DNA of 32,000 nucleotides, taken from positions 3,330,001-3,362,000 of the forward strand of contig NZ_CP036280.1 of assembly GCF_007748075.1 (NCBI RefSeq), in the 5' to 3' direction. Shown here one piece after another: positions 22,591 through 30,360 of this stretch (position 1 is the stretch's first letter; the number at the start of each line of letters is the position of its first letter). The position numbers and the translations under genes were made by a program. The notes beneath the pieces were generated by a model. It searched no databases. It had not been told where the DNA came from and worked only from the letters and a program-made list of their open reading frames with translations. The stretch comes from Mucisphaera calidilacus. Its GTDB lineage: Bacteria > Planctomycetota > Phycisphaerae > Phycisphaerales > Phycisphaeraceae.

Positions 22591-23406
22591 ATGCTGACCG
22601 TAAGGGTTGGCCGACAACATCGTCAGGCCCGCGTACTGCCCGGTGTTCCTCGAAACGGGATCTGGCTCATGGACTCGTGTTGGACACAAGCCGCTCCGGA
22701 GACCATCCGACTGACTCATGGTCTGGAGATGATTCGCCAGGGTATCGAGGCGGAGGTTGCCTATTCTGCCACGGCGCGTGGCGGAGTTTGTCAGCAAGAT
22801 CCGCCGTCGATTGTGGTGGGGTTGTCTGCCGCGTTGATCCGGCCGCTGGATCTGGGTCACTGGGCGTCGGATGTGGGGTCGGTGCTTGAATACCTGGCGG
22901 GTCATGCGCCGGTCGGTCAGGTGCTTCGTCCGATCGAGACGGTCGGGAGTTCAGCGGTGGCTCGCAGCGCGTTGTTCCGTCGGATCGAGCGTGTGCGTTC
23001 GGTGGGCGATGCCTTGACGGTCGCGTTGGAGCGCGAGGGGGGGCGTCAGGTTTTTGTGTTCATGCGTTGGGCTTCGCGGCCGAGGTTCGGGAGCAGCGAG
23101 GAGCACGCGTTGGCGGCGTCGCTGGAGCCGCTGGCCGACATCCTGAGCAACAGGCAGCAGCAGACACCAGGGCCGACGGTCGCCGTGGAGACGCGGCCTG
23201 CGTCGCAGGCGACGTACGACGAGATGCTTGCCCGTCTGAGCCGCACGGAGCAGAAGGTGCTGCATTACCTGCGTCAGTCGATGACGGAGAAGCAGATCGC
23301 CGAGGAGATCGAGCGGTCGCCTCACACGGTGCACGTGCACGTGAAGAGCATCTACCTGAAGCTGGGTGTTTCGTCGCGGAAGGAATTGTTCAGCCGGGTC
23401 GGCTGA
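22591..23406 (+). CDS. LuxR/GerE-family HTH transcriptional regulator with uncharacterised N-terminal domain
   Basis: C-terminal LSRTEQKVLHYLRQSMTEKQIAEEIERSPHTVHVHVKSIYLKLGVSSRKEL is a LuxR-type HTH. Start is uncertain (GTG 22582, ATG 22591 or a later Met). Confidence 0.75.
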   Translation: MLTVRVGRQHRQARVLPGVPRNGIWLMDSCWTQAAPETIRLTHGLEMIRQGIEAEVAYSATARGGVCQQDPPSIVVGLSAALIRPLDLGHWASDVGSVLEYLAGHAPVGQVLRPIETVGSSAVARSALFRRIERVRSVGDALTVALEREGGRQVFVFMRWASRPRFGSSEEHALAASLEPLADILSNRQQQTPGPTVAVETRPASQATYDEMLARLSRTEQKVLHYLRQSMTEKQIAEEIERSPHTVHVHVKSIYLKLGVSSRKELFSRVG

Positions 23407-23408
23407 GA

Positions 23409-25634
23409 TCAGCGGATCGTACGCTCGTCGCATTCGGCGACGGCCTGCTTGACGAACTCATCGAGGGGCATAGCGCCGAGGTCGCCTTCGGAGCGGTGAC
23501 GCACGGAGACGGTCCCCGCCTCCTCATCGCGTCCGCCGGCGACGAGCATGTAGGGGATCTTCTCCTCCTGGGCGACCTTGATCTTGGCGTTGAGCCGGTC
23601 ATTGGAGGCGTCCATGGTGGCGCGGAGGCCTGCTGCCTTGAGCGTGTCGAGGATCTTGTTGGCGTAGTCGAGGAACTTGTCGCTGATGGGCAGGACTCGG
23701 ACCTGCTCGGCGGAGAGCCAGAGGGGGAAGGCGGCGTTGAAGTGCTCGATGAGCACGCCGACGAATCGTTCCATCGAGCCGAAGGGGGCGCGGTGGATCA
23801 TGACGGGGACGTGGGGCTGGTTGTCGGCTCCGGTGTACTCCAGCTCGAAGCGCTGGGGGAGCTGGTAGTCGACCTGGACGGTGCCGAGTTGCCATTCGCG
23901 GCCGATGACGTCGCGGACGACGAAGTCGATCTTGGGACCGTAGAAGGCGGCCTCGCCGGGCTCGGAGGAGAAGGGCACGCCCAGCGATTGGGCCGCGTCG
24001 ATGCAGGCGGCCTCGGCGCGGTCCCACTGCGACGGCTCGCCGACGTACTTGCTCGAGTCGGGGTCGCGGAGACCGACACGCACGCGGAAGTCTTCCATGC
24101 CGAGTGTGGCGAAGACGATCTTGACGAGTTCGAGGCAGCCGGCGACTTCCCGCGGGAGCTGTTCTTCGGTGACGAAGAGGTGGGCATCGTCCTGGGTGAA
24201 GCCGCGGACGCGTGTCATGCCGCCGAGCTCGCCCGACTGTTCCCACCGGTAGACGGTGCCGAACTCGGCGAGCCGGATGGGCAGGTCGCGGTAGGAGTGC
24301 TTCTCGCTGGCGTAGATGCGGATGTGGTGCGGGCAGTTCATCGGGCGGAGCAGGTAGCCGTCGAGTTCGCCGTCGGCGAGCCGGTTGGAGAGGTCGCCGC
24401 AGGTGCATCCCTCGTCGCTGAGCATCTTCATCTGGTCGTGGTCGACGAGGGGCGGGAACTGCGACTCGCGGTAGTAGGGGAAGTGGCCCGAGGTCTTGTA
24501 GAGGTCGAGCTTGCCGATGTGGGGCGTGAAGACCTGGCTGTAGCCCTGTCGTTCGAGGTGGCCGAGGATGAAGGTCTGGAGTTCCTGGCGGAGCAGAGCG
24601 CCCTTGGGTTTCCAGAGCACGAGGCCCTGCCCGACTTTTTCGTCGATCTCGAAGATGCCGTGCTGGCGTCCGAGGACGCGGTGGTCGCGTGCCCTGGCCT
24701 GTTCGAGCTTGTCGATGTGCTGGTCGAGGTCGGCCTGGGTGAAGAACGCGGTGCCGTAGACGCGTTGGAAGCGGTCGGAGGTCACGTCGCCATGCCAGTG
24801 CGACGAGGCGATCGACATGATCTTGAAGGCTCCGATGCGTCCGGTGCGGTCGACGTGGGGCCCCATGCAGAGGTCTTCCCAGTCGTTGCTGCCGCTGACT
24901 TCGTTGGTGTGGATGCCGAGGTCGGTGATGTTCAGCCGTTCGCTGTAATCGATGACGGCGGGCTGGTCGTCGCTGACGGGCACGCACCAGTGCTTGTCGA
25001 GGAACCAGTAGCGTTGTCCGTCCTTCTCGACGGTCTCGACGCCGCCGGTGACGTACCACGAGAGCGTGTCGGCGCCCTTCTCGCGTGCGCGTTGGGCGTT
25101 GTCCTTCTTGTACTTGTTGTCCTCGGCGTCGAGTTTCTCGAAGCCTTCATCGAGCGGCATCTCGTAGCGGCGGAAGGTGCGGTCTTCGTCGACGATCTTG
25201 CGCATCTCGGCCTCGATGCGCTCGAAGTCATTGGAGGAGATGGGGGTTTCGAGGTAGAGGTCGTAGTAGAAGCCGTTGTCGAGGGGCGGGCCATAAGCAA
25301 GCAGCGTTTCGGGCCAGAGCCGCTGAATCGCCTCGGCCATGACGTGGGCCGCGGAGTGGCGCAGGAGGTAGAGCGCGTCGCGTTCGTGTTCTTCGGAACG
25401 CCACTTGCTCAGGCCCTTCTTGTTGGTCTGCGGCGCGGTGACGATGGCGAGTATGCCGTCGCCGGGCAGGGGGCGGTCGGCGTCGACGAGGAGAGCCTCG
25501 GTGCTTCCCTCCGGGGTAAAGCGGGCGCCCAGGGCGGCCTGGGCAAGCTTGGGGCCGATGCGCTGGGCGACCTGTCGGGGGGATGCGGGTGCTTCAAACG
25601 TTTGGGTGCTGCCGTCGGGCAGGGTGATGATCAT
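23409..25634 (-). CDS. thrS: threonine--tRNA ligase
   Basis: TGS N-terminus MIITLPDGS, editing-domain HSAAHV, class II core RPMNCPHH and FGTVYRWEQSGELGGMTRVRGFTQDDAH, and an anticodon-binding C-terminus. 741 aa from ATG 25632-25634. Confidence 0.97.
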   Translation of the reverse strand: MIITLPDGSTQTFEAPASPRQVAQRIGPKLAQAALGARFTPEGSTEALLVDADRPLPGDGILAIVTAPQTNKKGLSKWRSEEHERDALYLLRHSAAHVMAEAIQRLWPETLLAYGPPLDNGFYYDLYLETPISSNDFERIEAEMRKIVDEDRTFRRYEMPLDEGFEKLDAEDNKYKKDNAQRAREKGADTLSWYVTGGVETVEKDGQRYWFLDKHWCVPVSDDQPAVIDYSERLNITDLGIHTNEVSGSNDWEDLCMGPHVDRTGRIGAFKIMSIASSHWHGDVTSDRFQRVYGTAFFTQADLDQHIDKLEQARARDHRVLGRQHGIFEIDEKVGQGLVLWKPKGALLRQELQTFILGHLERQGYSQVFTPHIGKLDLYKTSGHFPYYRESQFPPLVDHDQMKMLSDEGCTCGDLSNRLADGELDGYLLRPMNCPHHIRIYASEKHSYRDLPIRLAEFGTVYRWEQSGELGGMTRVRGFTQDDAHLFVTEEQLPREVAGCLELVKIVFATLGMEDFRVRVGLRDPDSSKYVGEPSQWDRAEAACIDAAQSLGVPFSSEPGEAAFYGPKIDFVVRDVIGREWQLGTVQVDYQLPQRFELEYTGADNQPHVPVMIHRAPFGSMERFVGVLIEHFNAAFPLWLSAEQVRVLPISDKFLDYANKILDTLKAAGLRATMDASNDRLNAKIKVAQEEKIPYMLVAGGRDEEAGTVSVRHRSEGDLGAMPLDEFVKQAVAECDERTIR

Positions 25635-25678
25635 GGTGTGCCTGTGTGGTGCTGAGGTCATGAGAAGCTGCCGACGCG

Positions 25679-25690
25679 CCTGCCGGCAGG
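25679..25690. promoter_or_regulatory. perfect 12-nt palindrome CCTGCCGGCAGG in thrS / aminotransferase divergent intergenic region
   Basis: Read directly. It is preceded by a direct copy of CTGCCG 6 nt upstream (gCTGCCGacgcgcCTGCCGgcagg). Confidence 0.3.
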
Positions 25691-25766
25691 GGGGATCGAC
25701 ATCTTAACGCTCTTCGTTGGCGGGGTCGGCGGGCGAGGCGAGGCCGCCATCGCTAGGATTGGCGTT

Positions 25767-27074
25767 ATGAAACCTGATGCAACCCTTGCCGCCGGCACGC
25801 GTCCGTTTGGTCTTTCGCAGGCCGCCCGCCACACCGAGGAGCAGCCGATCGGCGAGCTCATCGAGCTGGCGCTGACCAATCCCGACCTGATCTCGCTGGC
25901 CGCGGGGCTCGTCGATCAGGAGACGCTGCCCAACGAGGTGACGCGTGACATTGTGAGCGACCTGCTGAGTGATCCTGTGGCCGGCAAAGCGGCGCTGCAG
26001 TACGGGCCGACGCGAGGCGACGAGAAGCTGCGGCACCTGGTCTACGACCACATGGCGGGCCTGGACGGGATCAGCCCCGACCTGTTCCCGGGCAACGCGG
26101 ATCAGGTGGTTCTGACCACCGGCAGCCAGCAGGGGCAGCACTTGTTGGCAGAGGTGCTGCTGGACTGCGGCGACATCGTGATCGTCGGCTGGCCGAGTTA
26201 CTTCGTGCTCACGGGTGCCCTGACCGCGTGGCAGTGCGAGGTGCGGGCGGTGGAGATGGACGATCAGGGCATGATCCCGCAGCAGCTCGATGACTTGCTC
26301 GCGGCGCTGGACAAGATCAATCAGCTTCACCGGGTGAAGATCGTCTATGTGCAGACCTTCCACCAGAACCCGACGGGGCGGACGCTGGCCGAGCCGCGTC
26401 GTCAGGAACTCCTGGACATCGTCCGGAAGTACTCGAAGCATCACAAGCTGCTGTTGCTGGAGGATGCGGCGTATCGGGAACTGACCTACAGCGGCCCGAC
26501 GCCGAAGAGCATCCTGTCACGCGACCCGGATCTGGAGCACACGGCGCTGCTGATGACCTTCAGCAAGCCCTTCTCGCCGGGGCTGCGGACGGGTTACGCG
26601 TTGCTGCCGAGCGACATGGTGGAGCCGGTGCTGCGTGCGAAGGGTGGGCGTGATTTCGGGTCGAACTACTTCTCGCAGAAGATCCTGGCTCGCGCGATGG
26701 AGACGGGCGCGTACGAGAAGCACGTGACGGCGTTGTGCGCCCGTTACGCCCAGAAGGCGGAGCGGATGAACGACGGGCTGGCGAAGCTCAACCGGACGGT
26801 CGATCTCGATCTGCGGGTCGTGCAGGTGCACGGCGGGTTGTATGGCTGGGTGGAGTTGCCCGAGTCGATCCGGGCGGACCCGGAGAGTGATCTGTTCAGG
26901 ATCGCGGTCGAGGAGGGCGTGCTCTACGTGCCCGGCACGTACTGCTTCCCGAAGGATCCGGCGCGGACGGTCCCGATGAACACGCTGCGTCTGAGTTTTG
27001 GCCTGGCGGAGCCGGAGGAGATCACGGAAGGTCTCGACCGTTTCGCGCGGTCTCTGCAGCGGGTGTGCCTGTAG
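25767..27074 (+). CDS. PLP-dependent aminotransferase, class I/II (ARO8/LysN-like)
   Basis: HQNPTG motif and TFSKPFSPGLRTGY (PLP lysine). AGGA lies 8 nt upstream of ATG 25767. Confidence 0.88.
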   Translation: MKPDATLAAGTRPFGLSQAARHTEEQPIGELIELALTNPDLISLAAGLVDQETLPNEVTRDIVSDLLSDPVAGKAALQYGPTRGDEKLRHLVYDHMAGLDGISPDLFPGNADQVVLTTGSQQGQHLLAEVLLDCGDIVIVGWPSYFVLTGALTAWQCEVRAVEMDDQGMIPQQLDDLLAALDKINQLHRVKIVYVQTFHQNPTGRTLAEPRRQELLDIVRKYSKHHKLLLLEDAAYRELTYSGPTPKSILSRDPDLEHTALLMTFSKPFSPGLRTGYALLPSDMVEPVLRAKGGRDFGSNYFSQKILARAMETGAYEKHVTALCARYAQKAERMNDGLAKLNRTVDLDLRVVQVHGGLYGWVELPESIRADPESDLFRIAVEEGVLYVPGTYCFPKDPARTVPMNTLRLSFGLAEPEEITEGLDRFARSLQRVCL

Positions 27075-27115
27075 GGCGTTTTGCTGGGGTTCGGGGTGCC
27101 GGACCTAACGTGCGG

Positions 27116-27994
27116 TCAGGTGGCGATCAGCCCGCGGGCGAAGCCTGAGAGCGCGGTCATGGAGTTGTGCAGGTAGATGTTGCCCTCGATGGCGGAGTAG
27201 GCGCGTTCGGCGGCGTGACCGCCGAGCACAACGCATCCCTGGAGTTCGCTCATGGCGTTGCTGAGCTGATCGAGCTCGACGCGGGCGGGCAGGAAGCCGC
27301 TGTGGGTGCAGGCCATGTAGGTGAGTTTGGGGCGGTACTGCTGGACAGCGTTGAGCATGGAGACCATGGGCGTGTTGGCGCCGAGGTTAACGGCCTCGTA
27401 GCCGCATTCGAGCAGGGTGACGGCGACCATCATGGAGGCCAGGGCCCCGTAATCACCCGAGGGGCAGCCGCCGACGGCCACGGGCAGGTTTCGGGAGGTC
27501 TCGCTGGCGGGCTCGAGGAGCAGCCTGAGCTGGTTGATGGCTTGGGCGCAGATCTCCGTGGCGCGGTGCTCTATGAAGATGCCCTCGTCGGAGTGCTGCC
27601 AGATCGAGCCGATCTTTCCCATGGCGTGTGAGATGGGCCCGTCGCAGATCTCGGCGACGCTGGATCCGGACATGTAGAGACCGATGATGACGCCCCGTGC
27701 CTGGGGTGCGGCCCCTTCGCTGAGGAGTTTTTCCAGGACGAGTGCGGGGTCTTCGTCGCTGCGTTTGAGGGAGGTCGCGGTCTCCTTGAGTTCGGGGATT
27801 CCGAGGATCTCGGGGCGAACGACGGTCATTTCCGCGTCACGGATGAAGCGAATGGCCTCGTTGAAGGCGATTTTTCGGTGTCCGCCGACGGTGCGTGAGA
27901 CCTCGATCCGGCCCGAGTCGGCCCAGCGTTTGAGGGAGGACTCGCTGACGCCTATGGCCATCGCCAGGTTTTTGGGGGAGAGGCTCTGTTTCAA
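27116..27994 (-). CDS. excisionase/MerR-superfamily HTH + B12-binding-domain regulator (CarH/LitR-like)
   Basis: N-terminal LSPKNLAMAIGVSESSLKRWADSGRIEVSRTVGGHRKI (HTH_17-like). Central IWQHSDEGIFIEHRATE (Wx9EH). C-terminal Rossmann-like VAVGGCPSGDYGALASMMVAVTLLECGYEAVNLGANTP. TTG 27994 is preceded by AGGAGG at 7 nt. The track start at 28357 and ATG 28057 would run into or across trmB. Confidence 0.75.
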   Translation of the reverse strand: MKQSLSPKNLAMAIGVSESSLKRWADSGRIEVSRTVGGHRKIAFNEAIRFIRDAEMTVVRPEILGIPELKETATSLKRSDEDPALVLEKLLSEGAAPQARGVIIGLYMSGSSVAEICDGPISHAMGKIGSIWQHSDEGIFIEHRATEICAQAINQLRLLLEPASETSRNLPVAVGGCPSGDYGALASMMVAVTLLECGYEAVNLGANTPMVSMLNAVQQYRPKLTYMACTHSGFLPARVELDQLSNAMSELQGCVVLGGHAAERAYSAIEGNIYLHNSMTALSGFARGLIAT

Positions 27995-28043
27995 GGCCCT
28001 TCCTCCTGCGTCGGCGTGCGGGTGTTCGGGATAGACTGGTGGG

Positions 28044-28745
28044 ATGCCACAGGCCATACACCAGGTTTCGCGTCTGGATCCGGGCGCATACGGGCTGTCA
28101 GGCGAGGACTTGCCGCCATATGAACAGGGTCCAGTCGACCCGCATGACTGGTTTGATCCAGGTGCATCGGCGGATAGTAAGCCCCGACCGCCGATGGATC
28201 TTGAGATCGGGAGTGGAAAAGGCACCTTTTTGGTGCAACAAGCGTCGCTGGAGCCGCAAGTCCGATTTCTGGGCGTGGAGTATGCCCGGGCCTTTGCGCT
28301 GTATGCGGGGGATCGCCTGCGTCGGCGCGGGGTTGCGAACGCACGGATGATGCACACCGACGGGGTGATGCTAATACGATTTTATCTTCCGAATGACTTC
28401 TTTCGGCAGGTTCACCTCTACTTCCCGGATCCCTGGCCCAAGAAACGGCACCACAAGCGTCGTTTTTTCCAGACTGAGAATCTGATTGAGGTTCACCGGG
28501 TGCTGATGGACCCGACGCCCGGGTTGCCGGAGTCGGGCCGTTTCCGGGTGGCGACGGATCACGCCGATTATTTTGCGTGGATGGAGGAGCACGCGAAGCA
28601 GGCGGAGCACCTGTTTGAGCGTCTTCCTTATGAGCCGCCGGCCTCTGCGGGTGAGTGTGAGGTGGTGGGTACGAATTTCGAGCGCAAGTACCGCGAGGAG
28701 GGTCGGACCTTCCACGGGATGATTCTCCGCAAGCGACCTGCGTGA
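28044..28745 (+). CDS. trmB: tRNA (guanine-N7)-methyltransferase
   Basis: LEIGSGKG SAM-binding motif and the FPDPWPKKRHHKRR signature. Confidence 0.92.
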   Translation: MPQAIHQVSRLDPGAYGLSGEDLPPYEQGPVDPHDWFDPGASADSKPRPPMDLEIGSGKGTFLVQQASLEPQVRFLGVEYARAFALYAGDRLRRRGVANARMMHTDGVMLIRFYLPNDFFRQVHLYFPDPWPKKRHHKRRFFQTENLIEVHRVLMDPTPGLPESGRFRVATDHADYFAWMEEHAKQAEHLFERLPYEPPASAGECEVVGTNFERKYREEGRTFHGMILRKRPA

Positions 28746-28797
28746 CTTGGGGTATAGTGCTGGCCTTGATTCCTCGTACGGTTTGGAGTTACGAACG

Positions 28798-29304
28798 ATG
28801 AAGCGTGTGGTTTTCGGTGCGGTTCTTGGCCTGAGCCTGGCGTTGAGTGCCGGTTGCTCGACAAACAACAACGGCAACGGTGCGGATGCCGCGGATCAGT
28901 CGGCCCGTATGGGGCTGGCGACACCGGTGGGCATTCTGGAAACCGTGACGGGCGATCACGAGGTGTTCGCTTCGCCCGGCCTGATGCTCGTGAACGATGC
29001 AAGCGACGTCGACGGTTACGACGCGACGCCGCTGGCGGGTCTCAATGTTGACTTCAGCAGTCACTCGGTGATCGTGCTGGCTCTGGGTCAGCAGGCGACC
29101 GGCGGCTACTGGGCGACGATTGACGCGATCCAGTACGAGGGCGACGAGCTGGTTGTGCAGGCGAAGGTCAACCAGCCCGACCCCGGCCAGATGGTGTCGC
29201 AGGTGATCTCTCACCCGTTCGCGGCGGTGGTTGTTCCGAAGGTCGAGAACGTCACGCTGCTCAGCGACATCGAGGGTCTTTCGGGTCAGCCCCAGCCCAA
29301 CTGA
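28798..29304 (+). CDS. PrcB-like (protease complex subunit PrcB C-terminal domain) lipoprotein
   Basis: Lipobox LALSAG/C after MKRVVFGAVLGLS. LALGQQATGGYWATIDAIQYEGDELVV...SHPFAAVVVPK resembles the PrcB_C domain pattern. GGAG lies 9 nt upstream of ATG 28798. Confidence 0.6.
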   Translation: MKRVVFGAVLGLSLALSAGCSTNNNGNGADAADQSARMGLATPVGILETVTGDHEVFASPGLMLVNDASDVDGYDATPLAGLNVDFSSHSVIVLALGQQATGGYWATIDAIQYEGDELVVQAKVNQPDPGQMVSQVISHPFAAVVVPKVENVTLLSDIEGLSGQPQPN

Positions 29305-29308
29305 TTGT

Positions 29309-30268
29309 TCAGGCGACCTGTCGCTCTGATGAGCCGGTGCTCAGGACCAGCGGTCGCTGTGTGCGCGCAACGGCGGAGAGTTCGGGCAGCCGCTGAGCGA
29401 GGCTGGTCCAGCCGGCAAAAGTGCTCAGGACGCGTGCCATGCGGCGTGTTGAGGACCCGACGCCCCGGTACATGCGCAGGCGGCTGAGCAGGGGCAGCGG
29501 GAGACGTGGCTGGTCGGCGTCGAATTCCCAGGGGTGGAAGTAGAGGATGGCGGGGCGGTGGTCGCGTCGTGCCTGCGACAGCCCACTGAGCATGGGTTGG
29601 AGTGGCAGCAGGCGGAAGTAGCCGCCTCCGGCGACGGGGATGTTGCGTCCGCCGAGCCGCCAGACGAGGGGCGGGATCGCGAGCAGCGTCGGGCTGTCGG
29701 GCCGTGAGGCGACGCGGAAGGGGCTGATGGGCGCGTCGGGGATGCCGTAGTTCGGGTGGAGTGTCGGGAAGATGGAGGCGTCGTAGAGGAAGCCGGCCTG
29801 GTGGAGCACGTCGATGGCCCAGGGGTTGGCGCGGGTGACGGACCACGTGGGGGCGCGGTAGCCGAGGACGGGCTGGCCCGCGAGGTCTTCGAGGGTCTTT
29901 TTGGCGCGGGTGACGTCGGCGAGCATGGAAATCGGGTTGAGGCGGCTGAGGTGGTCGTGCCCGTCGCCATGGCAGGCGATCTCGTGTCCCGCGTCGGCGA
30001 CGTCGCGCACGAGTCGGGGGTGTTGTCGGGCGATGCATCCCAGGAAGAAGAAGGTGGCGGGGGCGTCGTGTTCGGCGAGGAGGGTGAGCAGGCCTTGCGT
30101 GGCGTCGACGACCCGGCTGGGCTGGTGGTCCCAGCTCGATCGGGGGACGACTTTCCGGGCGACCTCGGTCTGCCAGGCCTCCTCGACGTCGATGGTGATG
30201 GAGCGCACCGGCTCGCGTCGGGAGCGGGGCGTGGCCGATAACGATTCGGGGTGTGTCCTGGCGTGCAC
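29309..30268 (-). CDS. polysaccharide deacetylase (NodB domain + DUF3473; PEP-CTERM/XrtA-locus type)
   Basis: ITIDVEE, ATFFFLG and HEIACHGDGH (NodB metal/catalytic motifs), plus C-terminal GGGYFRLLP and YFHPWEFD (DUF3473). GTG start at 30268. Confidence 0.87.
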   Translation of the reverse strand: MHARTHPESLSATPRSRREPVRSITIDVEEAWQTEVARKVVPRSSWDHQPSRVVDATQGLLTLLAEHDAPATFFFLGCIARQHPRLVRDVADAGHEIACHGDGHDHLSRLNPISMLADVTRAKKTLEDLAGQPVLGYRAPTWSVTRANPWAIDVLHQAGFLYDASIFPTLHPNYGIPDAPISPFRVASRPDSPTLLAIPPLVWRLGGRNIPVAGGGYFRLLPLQPMLSGLSQARRDHRPAILYFHPWEFDADQPRLPLPLLSRLRMYRGVGSSTRRMARVLSTFAGWTSLAQRLPELSAVARTQRPLVLSTGSSERQVA

Positions 30269-30360
30269 TGTGATAGGTTCGGCTGAGTGACGTGGCGGGC
30301 GACACCAATCACCGCGCGGTTGTTTACCGGCCCGAGACGCGCAGACCGTGGAGAACGAGC

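Noticed and set aside
23067-25655. 862-aa ORF antisense to thrS (G/A/V/D/E-rich)
   Set aside because: Same artefact. It has no recognisable motifs and overlaps both the LuxR 3' end and the whole of thrS.
25635-25766. T-box or long structured leader upstream of thrS
   Set aside because: Only 132 nt are available, and they are shared with a divergent gene. I see no specifier-loop/T-box consensus.
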